A stretch of 48,111 nt of DNA from Opitutales bacterium (lineage in GTDB: Bacteria > Verrucomicrobiota > Verrucomicrobiia > Opitutales > Opitutaceae): NCBI GenBank assembly GCA_900299415.1, contig OMJT01000022.1:1-48111 (forward strand), in the 5' to 3' direction. The notes under the pieces were generated by a model that ran no database searches, was not told the origin of the DNA, and worked only from the letters and a program-made list of their open reading frames with translations. The position numbers were made by a program, and so were the translations under genes. Of this stretch, positions 17,139 to 26,814 are shown piece by piece (within the stretch, counting starts at the first letter, position 1; each line of letters starts with the position of its first letter).

Positions 17139-17555
17139 ATGCGTTGCCTCGGCATCGATTACGGGACGAGGCGGATCGGCCTCAGTTATGGCGACGAGCT
17201 GGGCGTGGCGACGCCGTTGCCTGCCCTGATCGAGGCCGATCCGGCCAAGCGCCGCGCCGCCCTGGCCGGGGTAGTGCGGGAACGGCGCGTCACGGATCTT
17301 GTGATCGGCCTGCCGTTGAACATGGACGACACCGCCGGGCCCAAGGCCAGGGAGGCCGAGGCGCTCGCCGCCCAGCTCCGCACCGAATTCGGCCTGCCGG
17401 TGCACCTCGTGGACGAGCGCCTCACGAGCTACGAGGCCGAGTCGTCGATCCCGAAGCCCCAGCGCCGGGCGGTGCGCGCCAGCGGCGTGATCGACTCGCG
17501 CGCGGCGACGCTGATCCTGCAGGATTTCCTCAACCAGCGCTTTCCGTCGGAGTGA
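17139..17555 (+). CDS. ruvX: Holliday junction resolvase-like nuclease RuvX (YqgF)
   Basis: MRCLGIDYGTRRIGLSYGD, LVIGLPLNMDD and VDERLTS match the YqgF family. ATG 17139 is preferred. Confidence 0.9.
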   Translation: MRCLGIDYGTRRIGLSYGDELGVATPLPALIEADPAKRRAALAGVVRERRVTDLVIGLPLNMDDTAGPKAREAEALAAQLRTEFGLPVHLVDERLTSYEAESSIPKPQRRAVRASGVIDSRAATLILQDFLNQRFPSE

Positions 17556-17565
17556 GGGCGTCGCG

Positions 17566-18315
17566 ATGAACCCACTCCTGCAGCGCTGGAAGTGCACTTG
17601 CGCCTACGATGGCACCAACTTCGCCGGCTGGCAGAGCCAGGCGGGGGGGCGCGCCGTCCAGGATGTGATCGAAGCCCGGCTGCAGCAGATTTTCGGCGGC
17701 CCCGTGCGCATCCATGGCAGTGGCCGCACCGACGCTGGGGTGCATGCGAAAGGGCAGGTCTTTCATTTCGACGCGGCGTGGCGCCATGGGCCGGAGAAGC
17801 TGCTCGCGGCTTTTCGCACCGGGCTGCCGCCGCAGATCCAAGTGAGTGAGGTCCGGGCGGCGGTGCCGGATTTCCACGCGCGCTTTTCCGCGAAGGGCAA
17901 ACGCTACGTGTACCGCGTCCACTGCGGCGACCCCGATCCCTTCACGCGGCCCTTTTGCTGGCCGGTGCACCGGACGCTCGACCTCGTGGCCATGCGGGCA
18001 GCGGCGAAGGTACTGCAGGGCCGCCACGATTTCCGGGCCTTTACGGCGGTGAACGGCCCGGAACGCGAGGACACTGTGCGGGACCTGACACGGCTCGACG
18101 TCACCCGGCGCGGCCGTGAGATTCGCATCACGGGCGAGGCGGCGGGCTTCCTCTACAAGATGATGCGCAGCCTGGCCGGCGTGCTGGTCCAGGCCGGGGA
18201 GGGGAAGCTTTCCGCGGCCGACGTGAGGTCGATCCTCGCGGCGAAGACGCGCACGGCCGCCGTGCCGACGGCACCGGCCTCCGGGCTCTTCCTGATGAAG
18301 GTGTTCTACCGATGA
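17566..18315 (+). CDS. truA: tRNA pseudouridine(38-40) synthase TruA
   Basis: GSGRTDAGVHA catalytic motif, RYVYRV and FLYKMMRS blocks. The stop overlaps the next ATG (ATGA at 18312-18315). Confidence 0.95.
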   Translation: MNPLLQRWKCTCAYDGTNFAGWQSQAGGRAVQDVIEARLQQIFGGPVRIHGSGRTDAGVHAKGQVFHFDAAWRHGPEKLLAAFRTGLPPQIQVSEVRAAVPDFHARFSAKGKRYVYRVHCGDPDPFTRPFCWPVHRTLDLVAMRAAAKVLQGRHDFRAFTAVNGPEREDTVRDLTRLDVTRRGREIRITGEAAGFLYKMMRSLAGVLVQAGEGKLSAADVRSILAAKTRTAAVPTAPASGLFLMKVFYR

Positions 18316-19046
18316 GCCTGCTCGCCGAGCTTTCCCAAGGGGCCGCCGAGGTGCTGTTTCCGCCTACCTGCGTCGCGTGCCGCGAGCTCGTCGAGCCGGA
18401 GGGCGGGTTCCGCCACCTTTGCGCGGCCTGTGCCCGCGGGATCAACTTCGTGCAGGCGCCGCACTGCGACACCTGCGGGCATCCGTTCTATGGCGATGTC
18501 GAGGGCGACCGCACCTGCGCGCACTGAGTGGGCCTCGACCCGGCCTTCGACCGCGGTTGCACCGCGGTGCTGTTCAAGGGCGCGGCGCGCGCACTGGTGA
18601 TCGAGCTGAAGTACCATCAGGGCGTGCATGTCGTCGCGGACATGACCGAGATCCTGCGCCGGTCGCCCACGTTACTGGACCGGGTGCGTGACGCCGTGCT
18701 CGTGCCGGTGCCGCTGCACCCGCGCAAGTTGCGGGAGCGCGGCTACAACCAGAGCCGGCTGCTGGCGGAAGGGCTGGCCGCGGCGGCGGGTGGGGCGACC
18801 CGCGTGGAGGACCTGCTCGTACGCGAGGTTGACACGGTGACGCAGACCGCGTTCGACCGGGAGAGCCGTCGGGAGAATCTCAAAAATGCCTTTGCACTCG
18901 CCAAGGGCGCACCCCTAAATCCGGCCCAGCATTACGTCCTCGTCGATGATGTCTTCACGACCGGTTCCACCCTCAATGGCTGCGCCCGGGTCCTACGCCG
19001 GGCGGGCAGCCTGAACCTCGACGTCGTGACCTTCGGCCACGGCTGA
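18312..19046 (+). pseudogene. ComF-family protein (double zinc ribbon plus PRTase domain) interrupted by one in-frame TGA at 18525-18527
   Basis: The N-terminal part carries CVAC..CAAC..CDTCGHP..C-A-H-[TGA]. The C-terminal part, in the same frame from 18528, has the ComF/GntX PRTase core ([31 protein letters not shown]). The TGA sits where the 8th zinc-ribbon Cys is expected. Confidence 0.8.
18528..19046 (+). CDS. ComF PRTase-domain portion, if translated independently from GTG 18528
   Basis: GTG lies immediately after the TGA. This is how an automated annotator might call the gene. It would lack the zinc ribbon. Confidence 0.35.
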   Translation: MGLDPAFDRGCTAVLFKGAARALVIELKYHQGVHVVADMTEILRRSPTLLDRVRDAVLVPVPLHPRKLRERGYNQSRLLAEGLAAAAGGATRVEDLLVREVDTVTQTAFDRESRRENLKNAFALAKGAPLNPAQHYVLVDDVFTTGSTLNGCARVLRRAGSLNLDVVTFGHG

Positions 19047-19062
19047 AACCCCCACTTTTCGC

Positions 19063-19944
19063 ATGCATTTCGACAAACCGACCTACTCGGTCCGCCGCAC
19101 CAAGAAGAAGAACATCCCCGAGGGCCTCTGGGTGAAGTGTCCGTCCTCGGGCGAGTCCGTGTTCAAGAAGGAACTCGAGGACAACCAGATGGTCGTGCCC
19201 AAGAGCGGCTATCATTTCCCGATCGGCGCCCGCGAGCGCATCGCGTTCCTCGTCGATCCCGGCACCTTCGAGGAGAAGGATGCCAAGGTCCGCTCGGCCG
19301 ACCCGCTCGGGTTCGTCGATGCCCAGCCGTACACGACGCGCCTCAAGCGCTACGAGAAAGACAGCGGCCTGCCCGAGGCCGTGATCTGCGGCGTGGGCCG
19401 CATCCATGGGATCGAGGTCACCCTCGCGGTGATGGATTTCCGCTTCTGCGGCGGCACTCTCGGCTCGGCGACCGGGGAGAAGATCACGCGCGCGATCGAG
19501 CTCGCCGTCGAGCGCAAGGCGCCCTGCATCGTTTACAGCACCTCGGGCGGCGCCCGCATGCAGGAGGGCATCCTTTCGCTCATGCAGATGGCCAAGACCA
19601 GCGCCGCGCTCGGCCGGCTCGCCGCCGCCGGGCTGCCGTTCATCTCCGTGCTGACAAACCCGACCACGGGCGGCGTCTCCGCCAGCTACGCCACGCTGGG
19701 CGACGTGATCCTCGCCGAGCCCGGTGCGCTGATCGGCTTCGCCGGGCCGCGCGTCATAAAGGAAACCACCAAGCAGACTCTGCCGGCCGGATTCCAGAGC
19801 GCCGAGTTTCTCCTCAAGCACGGCTTGGTCGACCAAATCGTCAGCCGCCTCGAACAGCGCGACCGCCTCCGCGACATCCTCTCGGCCCTGCACGTCCGCA
19901 AGAAGCCGGCCGCCGCCCCGCTGGCGGTGGCCGCGGGGACCTGA
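19063..19944 (+). CDS. accD: Acetyl-CoA carboxylase carboxyltransferase beta subunit
   Basis: Strong match to AccD blocks ([55 protein letters not shown]). Three of the four N-terminal zinc-finger Cys are replaced (KCPSSG..VVPKSG). Confidence 0.95.
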   Translation: MHFDKPTYSVRRTKKKNIPEGLWVKCPSSGESVFKKELEDNQMVVPKSGYHFPIGARERIAFLVDPGTFEEKDAKVRSADPLGFVDAQPYTTRLKRYEKDSGLPEAVICGVGRIHGIEVTLAVMDFRFCGGTLGSATGEKITRAIELAVERKAPCIVYSTSGGARMQEGILSLMQMAKTSAALGRLAAAGLPFISVLTNPTTGGVSASYATLGDVILAEPGALIGFAGPRVIKETTKQTLPAGFQSAEFLLKHGLVDQIVSRLEQRDRLRDILSALHVRKKPAAAPLAVAAGT

Positions 19945-19956
19945 GGCAATCCACCC

Positions 19957-20029
19957 GGTAGGGCCGGCCCGCTGGGTCGGCCGGTTCGGCCAACCGTCAT
20001 CGCGGCCGGGCCAGTGGCCAAGCCCTACC
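19957..20029. repeat. GC-rich palindromic REP-like element (outer stem GGTAGGGC / GCCCTACC)
   Basis: An 8-bp outer stem encloses GC-rich, imperfectly self-complementary sequence. It starts 13 nt after the accD stop. It shares CGGTAGGGC...CTGGGTCGG with copies near 7298-7330 and 8016-8040. Confidence 0.5.
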
Positions 20030-20040
20030 TGCGATCAGCC

Positions 20041-21339
20041 ATGCCAACGATGTCTGACTACGCCGCCGTCCAGGACTACCTATTCTCGCTCAAGGCGCGT
20101 GGGCCGAAATTCGGCATCGACCGCATGCGAGGATTTGCCGCCGCGCTCCGACATCCGGAAAAAGCGGTGCCGGTCATCCATGTCGCCGGGACCAACGGCA
20201 AGGGCTCGGTCAGCGCCATGCTCGAGGCGATCCTGCGCGCCGGCGGCCTGCGAACCGGACTCTACACCTCGCCGCATCTCGTGCGCCTCGGCGAGCGCGT
20301 GCAGGTCGACCGCCGCCAGCTCACGCCGGACGAGATCGTCACCTACACGGCCGAGCTGCGGCCCGTCGCGGAACGGGTGTCGGCCGAGGCTCCGGAGGAT
20401 CACCCGAGCTTCTTCGAGTTCATGACGGCGATGGCGTTCCTGCAGTTCGCGCGGCAGAAATGCGATGTCGCGGTCATCGAGGTCGGCATGGGCGGTCGGC
20501 TCGACGCGACGAACATCGTCAACCCGGAGGTCGCCGTGATCACCTCGATCGGCCTCGATCACTGCGAGTTCCTTGGTGACACGCTCGCCAAGATCGCCGC
20601 GGAGAAGGCGGGCATCATCAAGCCGGGCCGGCCGGTCGTGATTGGACGCCTGCCGGCCGAGGCTGAGGCGGTCATTCGCGATATCGCCGCGGAGCGGGGA
20701 GCACCGGTGCACGCCGTGCGCGAGGGTTTCGGTGACGACCTGGCCCGGTGCCCGCTAACCAACCTCGCCGGTGACTACCAGCGTTGGAACGCTGCGACGG
20801 CGCTGCTCGTCACGGAGGTGCTCCCGCCGAACCTGCGGCCCCCGACCGAAGTGGCCAAGGTGGGTATGCAGCAGGTAGACTGGCCGGGCCGCTGGCAGAA
20901 GTTCATCGTGGGCCAGCGCCGGGTCATCCTCGACGCCTCGCACAATGCCGAGGGTGCGACCGTGCTGGACGAGAATCTGGCAAAGCTGAGGGCGCAGGGC
21001 GGACGCCCTCCAGTCATCGTCACCGGTGTCCTGGGCCTGGCTCGCGCTCAGGCGCTGCTGCCCGTGATCGCCCGGCATGCTAGGGAAATCCACCTCGTCG
21101 TCCCGCACCAGGAGCGTGCGTGCAGCCACGAGACCCTGCGCGGTATCCTCGCGCCGGCCTTCGCCGGCCCGGTGGCCCCGGCGACGGTTGAGGCGATCTT
21201 TCCCTCCCCGGGCCGCTGCACTCTCGGCGACCAAGGCGAGACAATCGTCGTGACTGGCTCGATCTACCTGATCGGCGAGGTCCTCGCTCGCCTGGAGCCG
21301 GGCCGCGGAGAGGGCGAGGGACGTCTGCAGGATTTTTGA
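20041..21339 (+). CDS. folC: Bifunctional folylpolyglutamate synthase / dihydrofolate synthase
   Basis: P-loop HVAGTNGKGSV and a Mur-ligase-type middle and C-terminal domain. ATG 20041 or 20050 is preferred; GTG 20014 lies inside the REP-like hairpin. Confidence 0.9.
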   Translation: MPTMSDYAAVQDYLFSLKARGPKFGIDRMRGFAAALRHPEKAVPVIHVAGTNGKGSVSAMLEAILRAGGLRTGLYTSPHLVRLGERVQVDRRQLTPDEIVTYTAELRPVAERVSAEAPEDHPSFFEFMTAMAFLQFARQKCDVAVIEVGMGGRLDATNIVNPEVAVITSIGLDHCEFLGDTLAKIAAEKAGIIKPGRPVVIGRLPAEAEAVIRDIAAERGAPVHAVREGFGDDLARCPLTNLAGDYQRWNAATALLVTEVLPPNLRPPTEVAKVGMQQVDWPGRWQKFIVGQRRVILDASHNAEGATVLDENLAKLRAQGGRPPVIVTGVLGLARAQALLPVIARHAREIHLVVPHQERACSHETLRGILAPAFAGPVAPATVEAIFPSPGRCTLGDQGETIVVTGSIYLIGEVLARLEPGRGEGEGRLQDF

Positions 21340-21364
21340 CCGCCAAAGCGGTACCGGCGGATGC

Positions 21365-23110
21365 TTATTGGGCGAGGTGCGCCAGTCCCGTTCCGGCGGT
21401 GAAGGCGGTCAGGCTCTGGGCGCGGTTTTCCACAGGGGCACCGGAAGCAAAGGTCGCGTCGGCCAGCGGGGCGTAGATCTCGAGGCTGGACTGGAGCAGG
21501 GTGCCGGACTGCAGCGCGGCGACCTCGTCGTCATTGAGGCCGGAGCGGTAAAGCAGGGCGTCGCGCAGGTCGACTGCCGTGCCGCCGAGGCGGAAGGAAT
21601 TCGGCTCGAGGCGCTCGGCCGTGCGGCCGGCGAGCTGGCCGTCGACGTAGAAGAGCGTCTCGCCGCGAGCCGTGTAGTGGCTCACCACGAGGTTGTGCCA
21701 GTTGCCGTCGGCGCGGACCGAGGAGGCGACCGTGGCACCGTTGGCCGCGGTGTAGGTCCAGACGCCGTTCTTCACGCCAACGGTGGCCGTGAAGTTTGCC
21801 GCTGGATTCAGAGCCGTTTCCTCGACCAATCCGCCGCCCGCACCGCCGCCGCGCCCAAAAGTCTGCAGGGAACCGCCGCGGCTGACGGTGGTGACGACCG
21901 GGGCCAGTTGGGCCGCGGTGAGACGGTTTGGACCAGACTGGGTGGCGGCGAGGGCCTCGGCCCGGGCAAGCGCGAGTGCGAGTTCGGCGGCGCCGAGCGC
22001 GGTTACCTTGGCATTGACGGCGGCGCCATCGGTCAGGGAAGCGCGGGTCAGATCGTTCCGGGCGTTGGTCACCACCTGGCCGCCTTCGGGCAGGCGGGCG
22101 TCGAAGGCGTTGATCGCCTCCAATTGCGCGGCGCTGAGCGTGGTCGGCGTCGCAGAGGCGCCGCCGCGTCCGCCGGCTCCGCCGGCCGGGACGAGGTAGT
22201 AGGTTGCAGTGGTTAGAGTGGAGCCGGTAATGGCGGCGACGGCGCCGTCGGCCTGGGCCCGGGCGGAGACGCCGAGGGTGAATGGATGCATCTTCTCCAC
22301 CGGACTGAAGGTCAGGGTGGCGTTATTGCCCGAGGCCCGTGCAAAGGCCGTAGTGGCGACCTTGGCCGGTCGCGGCTTGCCCTTTTCCAGGGCCTCGAAC
22401 AACGACGGGACGAAGGCTGTCGCCATCTCGATGTGACCGGAGAGATTCGGATGGAGCGCGTCGTGAATGAATCCCTTCGCCCATTTGCCGGTGCCGTCGT
22501 CGACCGTGCCGAGGAAATTCACGCTGGGCACGTCCCAGGAGTTGATCAGCAGGTTCATGCGTCGGGTGTAGGCGTACTCCACATCGGTGAAGTCTTGCCG
22601 GGTGTAGCAGTTGGCGACGACGGGAACGATGCGGTTCTCCCGGCTGCGCTGGATGAAGCCAAGGACGCCCGTCTCGAACTGCTTGTAGATCATGTCGCGA
22701 CCGGCGGTGTCGGACTGGTTCTTGATGCCCTCGTTGCCGAGCGAAAGTCCAATGAGCACATAGGCCGGGTTCACCGGGAGCAGGTACTTGGTGTTGGGCT
22801 GCGGCTCGCCAACCGGGGCAAACCGGGGGGCGGCGGTCAGGGTGCTGTCTCCACCGCGCGACTGGTTGAGCACTTCCCAGCCCCGGGGAACGAGCATGGT
22901 GCGGAGTCGCCCGGCATAACCTTCCGTCCCGGTCTCGTCGCCGGTGCCGCTGGCGACCGAGGAACCGAAGATGGCGATGCGGCGGGATTGCGGCACAGAC
23001 GTCTGGGCCGGCAACAGGGCGGCGAGGGCGAGAGCGGCAAGTAGGGCGGCAGGACGGAAGAGCGGGCGGAGAGCCGACTGCGCGGGCGAGGGGGAAAGCA
23101 GGGTTTTCAT
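21365..23110 (-). CDS. Secreted SGNH/GDSL-like hydrolase with C-terminal LamG (concanavalin-like) domain
   Basis: Signal peptide. SGNH blocks (IFGSSVASG, SRGGDS, LGNEG, DALHPN). An Ala/Gly/Thr-rich middle region. A C-terminal LamG-like NWHNLVVSHY..LFYVDGQLAG. Confidence 0.75.
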   Translation of the reverse strand: MKTLLSPSPAQSALRPLFRPAALLAALALAALLPAQTSVPQSRRIAIFGSSVASGTGDETGTEGYAGRLRTMLVPRGWEVLNQSRGGDSTLTAAPRFAPVGEPQPNTKYLLPVNPAYVLIGLSLGNEGIKNQSDTAGRDMIYKQFETGVLGFIQRSRENRIVPVVANCYTRQDFTDVEYAYTRRMNLLINSWDVPSVNFLGTVDDGTGKWAKGFIHDALHPNLSGHIEMATAFVPSLFEALEKGKPRPAKVATTAFARASGNNATLTFSPVEKMHPFTLGVSARAQADGAVAAITGSTLTTATYYLVPAGGAGGRGGASATPTTLSAAQLEAINAFDARLPEGGQVVTNARNDLTRASLTDGAAVNAKVTALGAAELALALARAEALAATQSGPNRLTAAQLAPVVTTVSRGGSLQTFGRGGGAGGGLVEETALNPAANFTATVGVKNGVWTYTAANGATVASSVRADGNWHNLVVSHYTARGETLFYVDGQLAGRTAERLEPNSFRLGGTAVDLRDALLYRSGLNDDEVAALQSGTLLQSSLEIYAPLADATFASGAPVENRAQSLTAFTAGTGLAHLAQ

Positions 23111-23243
23111 GATTCAGGCGATGAATTCAGGGCGGGCCGTTGGGCGGGCCGTGCCGTCGGGGTGACGGACCTATCGCATTCGACTCGGAGGCAGGGTCAA
23201 ATCCGGACTCCGCCCTGTCTGCAATACGGACACTTAATTGAGG

Positions 23244-23259
23244 CCGCAGCCGGCTGCGG
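23244..23259. promoter_or_regulatory. Perfect 16-bp palindrome CCGCAGCCGGCTGCGG in a divergent intergenic region
   Basis: Read directly from the sequence. It lies 65 nt upstream of the IclR-family gene ATG. Confidence 0.3.
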
Positions 23260-23323
23260 ACTTGAGCCGCGAGGTGTCATTGGGTGTGTTCCCAACGTTA
23301 CCGCCGCCTGACCGAACCTAGCG

Positions 23324-24037
23324 ATGAGTCCGCTTTCCCTCGATGATCTGCGCCCCTACAAGCAGCGGGCGGTTGCCACCTCCTTCCTCAAGGGACTGCA
23401 ACTCATGACCCTGCTGGCGCGGAATCCAGGCGGGCTCACCGTGGCCGCGCTGCGGCAGCGACTGAATTTTCCGCGTACCACGATTCTTCGCATGCTCTCG
23501 ACCCTCGAGCTCTTTGGCCTGGCGGCCAAGCAAGGTGCGCTCTGGCGGGCCACGCCTCGATTCTATGACTGGAGCGGTCGGGACACGCATGCGGAGATCC
23601 GCCAGCGCTTCGCGGGCACCCTGCACAAGGCAGTCAAGGCGATCGACGAGATGATCATGCTCGGCGTCGCCGAAGGCGATGGAATCCGTTTTATCGATTA
23701 CGTCCAGTCGACCAACCGCGTGGTAGTGGCTCCGCCGAAGAATAGTCTCTATCCGCTCTCGAAGTCGGCCTGCGGCAAACTGGTTCTAGGGCACCGTCCC
23801 GACCTCTGCGCCGGCATCCGCGACCGCCGCCTGCTGGAGGAGATCGCCCAGGCGCGCCGCACGGGGCTGGCCTGGAACCATGCGGAGACGGATCCCGGTA
23901 TCGACGCCGTGGCGATGTGGGCGGGAAAACCCTCGGTCGAAACGCCGCTGATTGCCATCATCTGGCCCTCTTACCGTTTTACTCCGGCCAACGCGTCCAA
24001 GGCGATTGAGCTGGTGCGGCGGGCTCTGCCGCGCTGA
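23324..24037 (+). CDS. IclR-family transcriptional regulator
   Basis: N-terminal winged HTH (LKGLQLMTLLARNPGGLTVAALRQRLNFPRTTILRMLSTLELFG) and a C-terminal IclR effector-like domain. Confidence 0.75.
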   Translation: MSPLSLDDLRPYKQRAVATSFLKGLQLMTLLARNPGGLTVAALRQRLNFPRTTILRMLSTLELFGLAAKQGALWRATPRFYDWSGRDTHAEIRQRFAGTLHKAVKAIDEMIMLGVAEGDGIRFIDYVQSTNRVVVAPPKNSLYPLSKSACGKLVLGHRPDLCAGIRDRRLLEEIAQARRTGLAWNHAETDPGIDAVAMWAGKPSVETPLIAIIWPSYRFTPANASKAIELVRRALPR

Positions 24038-24046
24038 CCACCGCAC

Positions 24047-25543
24047 TCAGGTGAAGAGGGCCCGCACCGCGGGCTTCGTGACCTTGCCCATCGCATTGCG
24101 GGGCAACTGTTCAACGACCTTCAGGCGCTGCGGAATCTTGTAGGGCGCGAGGCGGGCCTTGCACCACTCGCGCAGGGTCGACAACGCGAGTGCGGACCGG
24201 CCCTTGGGGACGACCACGGCAGTGACCGCCTCGCCCCAGACGTCGTCGGGCAGCCCCAGCACGGCACACTCCTGAATGTCCGGGTGCTCGAGCAGGACGG
24301 CCTCGATCTCTAAGGCGGAAAGCTTGTAGCCGCCGCTCTTGATGATGTCGACCGAGAGCCGACCCATGATGCGGTAGTAGCCCCGTTCGCGCACCGCCAT
24401 GTCGCCGGTGCGGAACCAGCCACCGTCAAACGACTCCGCGGTGGCCTCGGGCCGGTTCCAGTACGCGCGGAACACCGCCGGCCCCCGAACCTGGATCTCG
24501 CCGGGCTCGTCTTCGCCGGCGACGATCGCCCCGGACTCGGCTTTGAGGCGGAGTTCCACCCCGGGCAACGGTACACCGACGGCGCCGGGCCGACGCTCGC
24601 CATGATAGGGGTTGGAGAGGCCCATGCCGATCTCGGTCATGCCATAACGCTCGAGCAGCTTCTGGCTGGTGAGGGCGGTCCATTTTTCGTGAACGCTGGC
24701 CGGCAGTGCGGCCGAGCCTGACACCATCAGGCGCAGGCGCCCGAAGGCTGTCACGATCTCCGCGCGCTCGGCCGGCGCGGCCGCCTCAATCGTCTGGATC
24801 AGCTTCACGTAGATCGTGGGCACGGCCATGAACACGGTGTAGGCATCGGCCTGGATGCGCGCGAGGATGGCGGCGGCGTCAAAGCGGGCGAAGGGCTCGA
24901 CCAAGGCGCCGCTCCAGAGGGCGCAGCTCGTGACATTGATGATGCCGTGGATGTGATGCAGCGGCAGGAAGAGCGGGATGCGGTCGGATGCGGACCACTC
25001 CCAGGCCTGGACCAGGCTCTCGATCTGGGCCTGGATGTTGGCGTGGGTCGTGACCACGCCCTTCGGTTTGCTGGTGGTGCCGCTGGTGTAGAGGATCATG
25101 CCGGCCCGCTCGCTGGTCACGGCCGGCAGCGCCGTCGGTGCGGCGCGGAGATCGATGCGCCCGAGATCCAGCAGCCGCACCCCAAGGCGTGCGCAGAGCG
25201 GGGCGAGCTTGGAGGCCGACTCGGAGTCGGCGACCACGACCGTGGCCTGGGAATCGGTCAGGGTATACTCCCACTCGGTCTCAGTGGCGCTCAGGCACAG
25301 CGGAACCGTGACCCCGCCGGCCCGCCACGTGGCCCACTGGGCGGCGACGTAGTCGAAACCCGCCGGGGCGAGCAACGCGACGCGGGCCTCGCCGAGGTCG
25401 GCCGTGCCCGCCAGCAGCACCGTGGCGAGGCGAGCGGAGGCGTCGAGCAGTTCGCGGTAGCTGCGGGTGCCGTCTAAGGTCCGGAAGGCGACGGCGTCGC
25501 CTTGGCCGCGGGCCCGACTAAACAGGGGAAGTTCGGCGGTCAT
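24047..25543 (-). CDS. matB: Malonyl-CoA synthetase-like AMP-dependent acyl-CoA ligase (MatB-like)
   Basis: AMP-binding motif LYTSGTTSKPKG, ERYGMTE and LPRNAMGKVTK. Overall it resembles rhizobial MatB. Its ATG overlaps the madM stop (TAATG at 25541-25545). Confidence 0.75.
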   Translation of the reverse strand: MTAELPLFSRARGQGDAVAFRTLDGTRSYRELLDASARLATVLLAGTADLGEARVALLAPAGFDYVAAQWATWRAGGVTVPLCLSATETEWEYTLTDSQATVVVADSESASKLAPLCARLGVRLLDLGRIDLRAAPTALPAVTSERAGMILYTSGTTSKPKGVVTTHANIQAQIESLVQAWEWSASDRIPLFLPLHHIHGIINVTSCALWSGALVEPFARFDAAAILARIQADAYTVFMAVPTIYVKLIQTIEAAAPAERAEIVTAFGRLRLMVSGSAALPASVHEKWTALTSQKLLERYGMTEIGMGLSNPYHGERRPGAVGVPLPGVELRLKAESGAIVAGEDEPGEIQVRGPAVFRAYWNRPEATAESFDGGWFRTGDMAVRERGYYRIMGRLSVDIIKSGGYKLSALEIEAVLLEHPDIQECAVLGLPDDVWGEAVTAVVVPKGRSALALSTLREWCKARLAPYKIPQRLKVVEQLPRNAMGKVTKPAVRALFT

Positions 25544-26307
25544 TATGCGAAGATCGCCTTCACGGCGAGAAACAGCACCGACGGCCCCATCAGGCAACCG
25601 AGCCCGGTGTGAAAGGTCGCAACCAGCGCGCCGTAGGGCACGAGGCGGCGGTCCGTGGCCGCGAGCCCGGCGGTGACGCCGCTGACCGTGCCTGCGAGGC
25701 CGCCGAAGACCATTGCGGAGCGGGGTGTCCGCAGGCGCAGGAACCCGGCGGCGGCCGGCGTGAACACCATAACGAGGATCGCCTTGATCACACCGGTCGC
25801 GATGCTAAGCGCCAGCACCTCCGAGCTTGCGCCGATGGCCGTGCCGGTGACGGGGCCGACAATGTAGGTGACCGCGCCGGCCCCAATGGTCGTCAGGCTG
25901 ACGGGATCGGTGTACCCGAATGCCCGGGCCACCAGAACCCCGACCATGAAGGGCAGGACAGTTCCGATCAGCAGGGAGATGGCGCCGATCCAGCCGGCCC
26001 GGCGCGCCTCCGTCGGCTGCACCTCGCAGGCGGTGGCGACAATGGCGAAGTCCCGCAGCATGTTGCCGCCCATCACCCCGATGCCGCTAAAGAAAGCGAT
26101 GTCGGCCAGTCCCTTGGTTCCACCGGTGATCCGCCCGCCGACATAGGCGAGGGCCAGGCCCATCAGAATCGCAATCGCCGAGCCCTGCACGCGGCCGAAG
26201 GTCAGCTTTTTCGAGAGGAATCCCGACAAGAGCATCATCAGGCCGACGACGGCGAAGGCGGTGACGAGGCCGTTGTCCTTGGCGGCTTTTTCGACGATGG
26301 GCCACAT
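25543..26307 (-). CDS. madM: Malonate transporter subunit MadM
   Basis: 254-aa polytopic membrane protein of MadM size and sequence style. It is adjacent to a 129-aa MadL-like gene and coupled to matB. Confidence 0.8.
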   Translation of the reverse strand: MWPIVEKAAKDNGLVTAFAVVGLMMLLSGFLSKKLTFGRVQGSAIAILMGLALAYVGGRITGGTKGLADIAFFSGIGVMGGNMLRDFAIVATACEVQPTEARRAGWIGAISLLIGTVLPFMVGVLVARAFGYTDPVSLTTIGAGAVTYIVGPVTGTAIGASSEVLALSIATGVIKAILVMVFTPAAAGFLRLRTPRSAMVFGGLAGTVSGVTAGLAATDRRLVPYGALVATFHTGLGCLMGPSVLFLAVKAIFA

Positions 26308-26311
26308 GGGA

Positions 26312-26701
26312 TTATTTCTCCGGGGAGGGTTCGGCCGTGGGCGCGTCGGCGGGTTCCATCCGATTGATCGCGGCGACGCAGAGATTGCAGCTGATCACGG
26401 TCAGCACGGCGGCGAGCAGCGCCATGGGTCCGCCCTTCAGCGCCGATACCACGTTTTGCTGCATGGCCATGGCGACCACGACGGGGATGTACAGCGCGCC
26501 CCAGAACAGCTTGCCCTCCTCGGTCTTGGGGTGGAGCCACCCGCGCTTCTGCAACTGAAGGCGGATGGCGATCAGGAGCAGCATCGCCATGCCCACGCCC
26601 CCGACATTGGTGGTCATGCCGAGCGCGCGACCGAGGAGGTCGCCCAGCACGATGCCGAGCAGATGGCAGAGGGCGAGGATGGCGGTTCCGTATATGATCA
26701 T
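26312..26701 (-). CDS. madL: Malonate transporter subunit MadL
   Basis: 129-aa 4-TM protein of MadL length and pattern. It lies 4 nt upstream of madM. Confidence 0.8.
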   Translation of the reverse strand: MIIYGTAILALCHLLGIVLGDLLGRALGMTTNVGGVGMAMLLLIAIRLQLQKRGWLHPKTEEGKLFWGALYIPVVVAMAMQQNVVSALKGGPMALLAAVLTVISCNLCVAAINRMEPADAPTAEPSPEK

Positions 26702-26814
26702 GGGGCGGGTGCTGGAGAGGGCGCTCGATCAAGCCGGTGGCAGGCTGGCGGCGGAGCGTGGGGTAACCTCAGAGTCCCGGGCAAAATCGGCCCGACAAGA
26801 AAAACCGAGCCGGT

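Noticed and set aside
18525-18527. A genome-wide alternative genetic code (TGA as a sense codon) as the explanation for the comF TGA
   Set aside because: Many well-supported genes in the window terminate at TGA at the expected protein ends (parA, the moeB-like gene, truA, the ECF sigma, dnaX 0 frame, metF).
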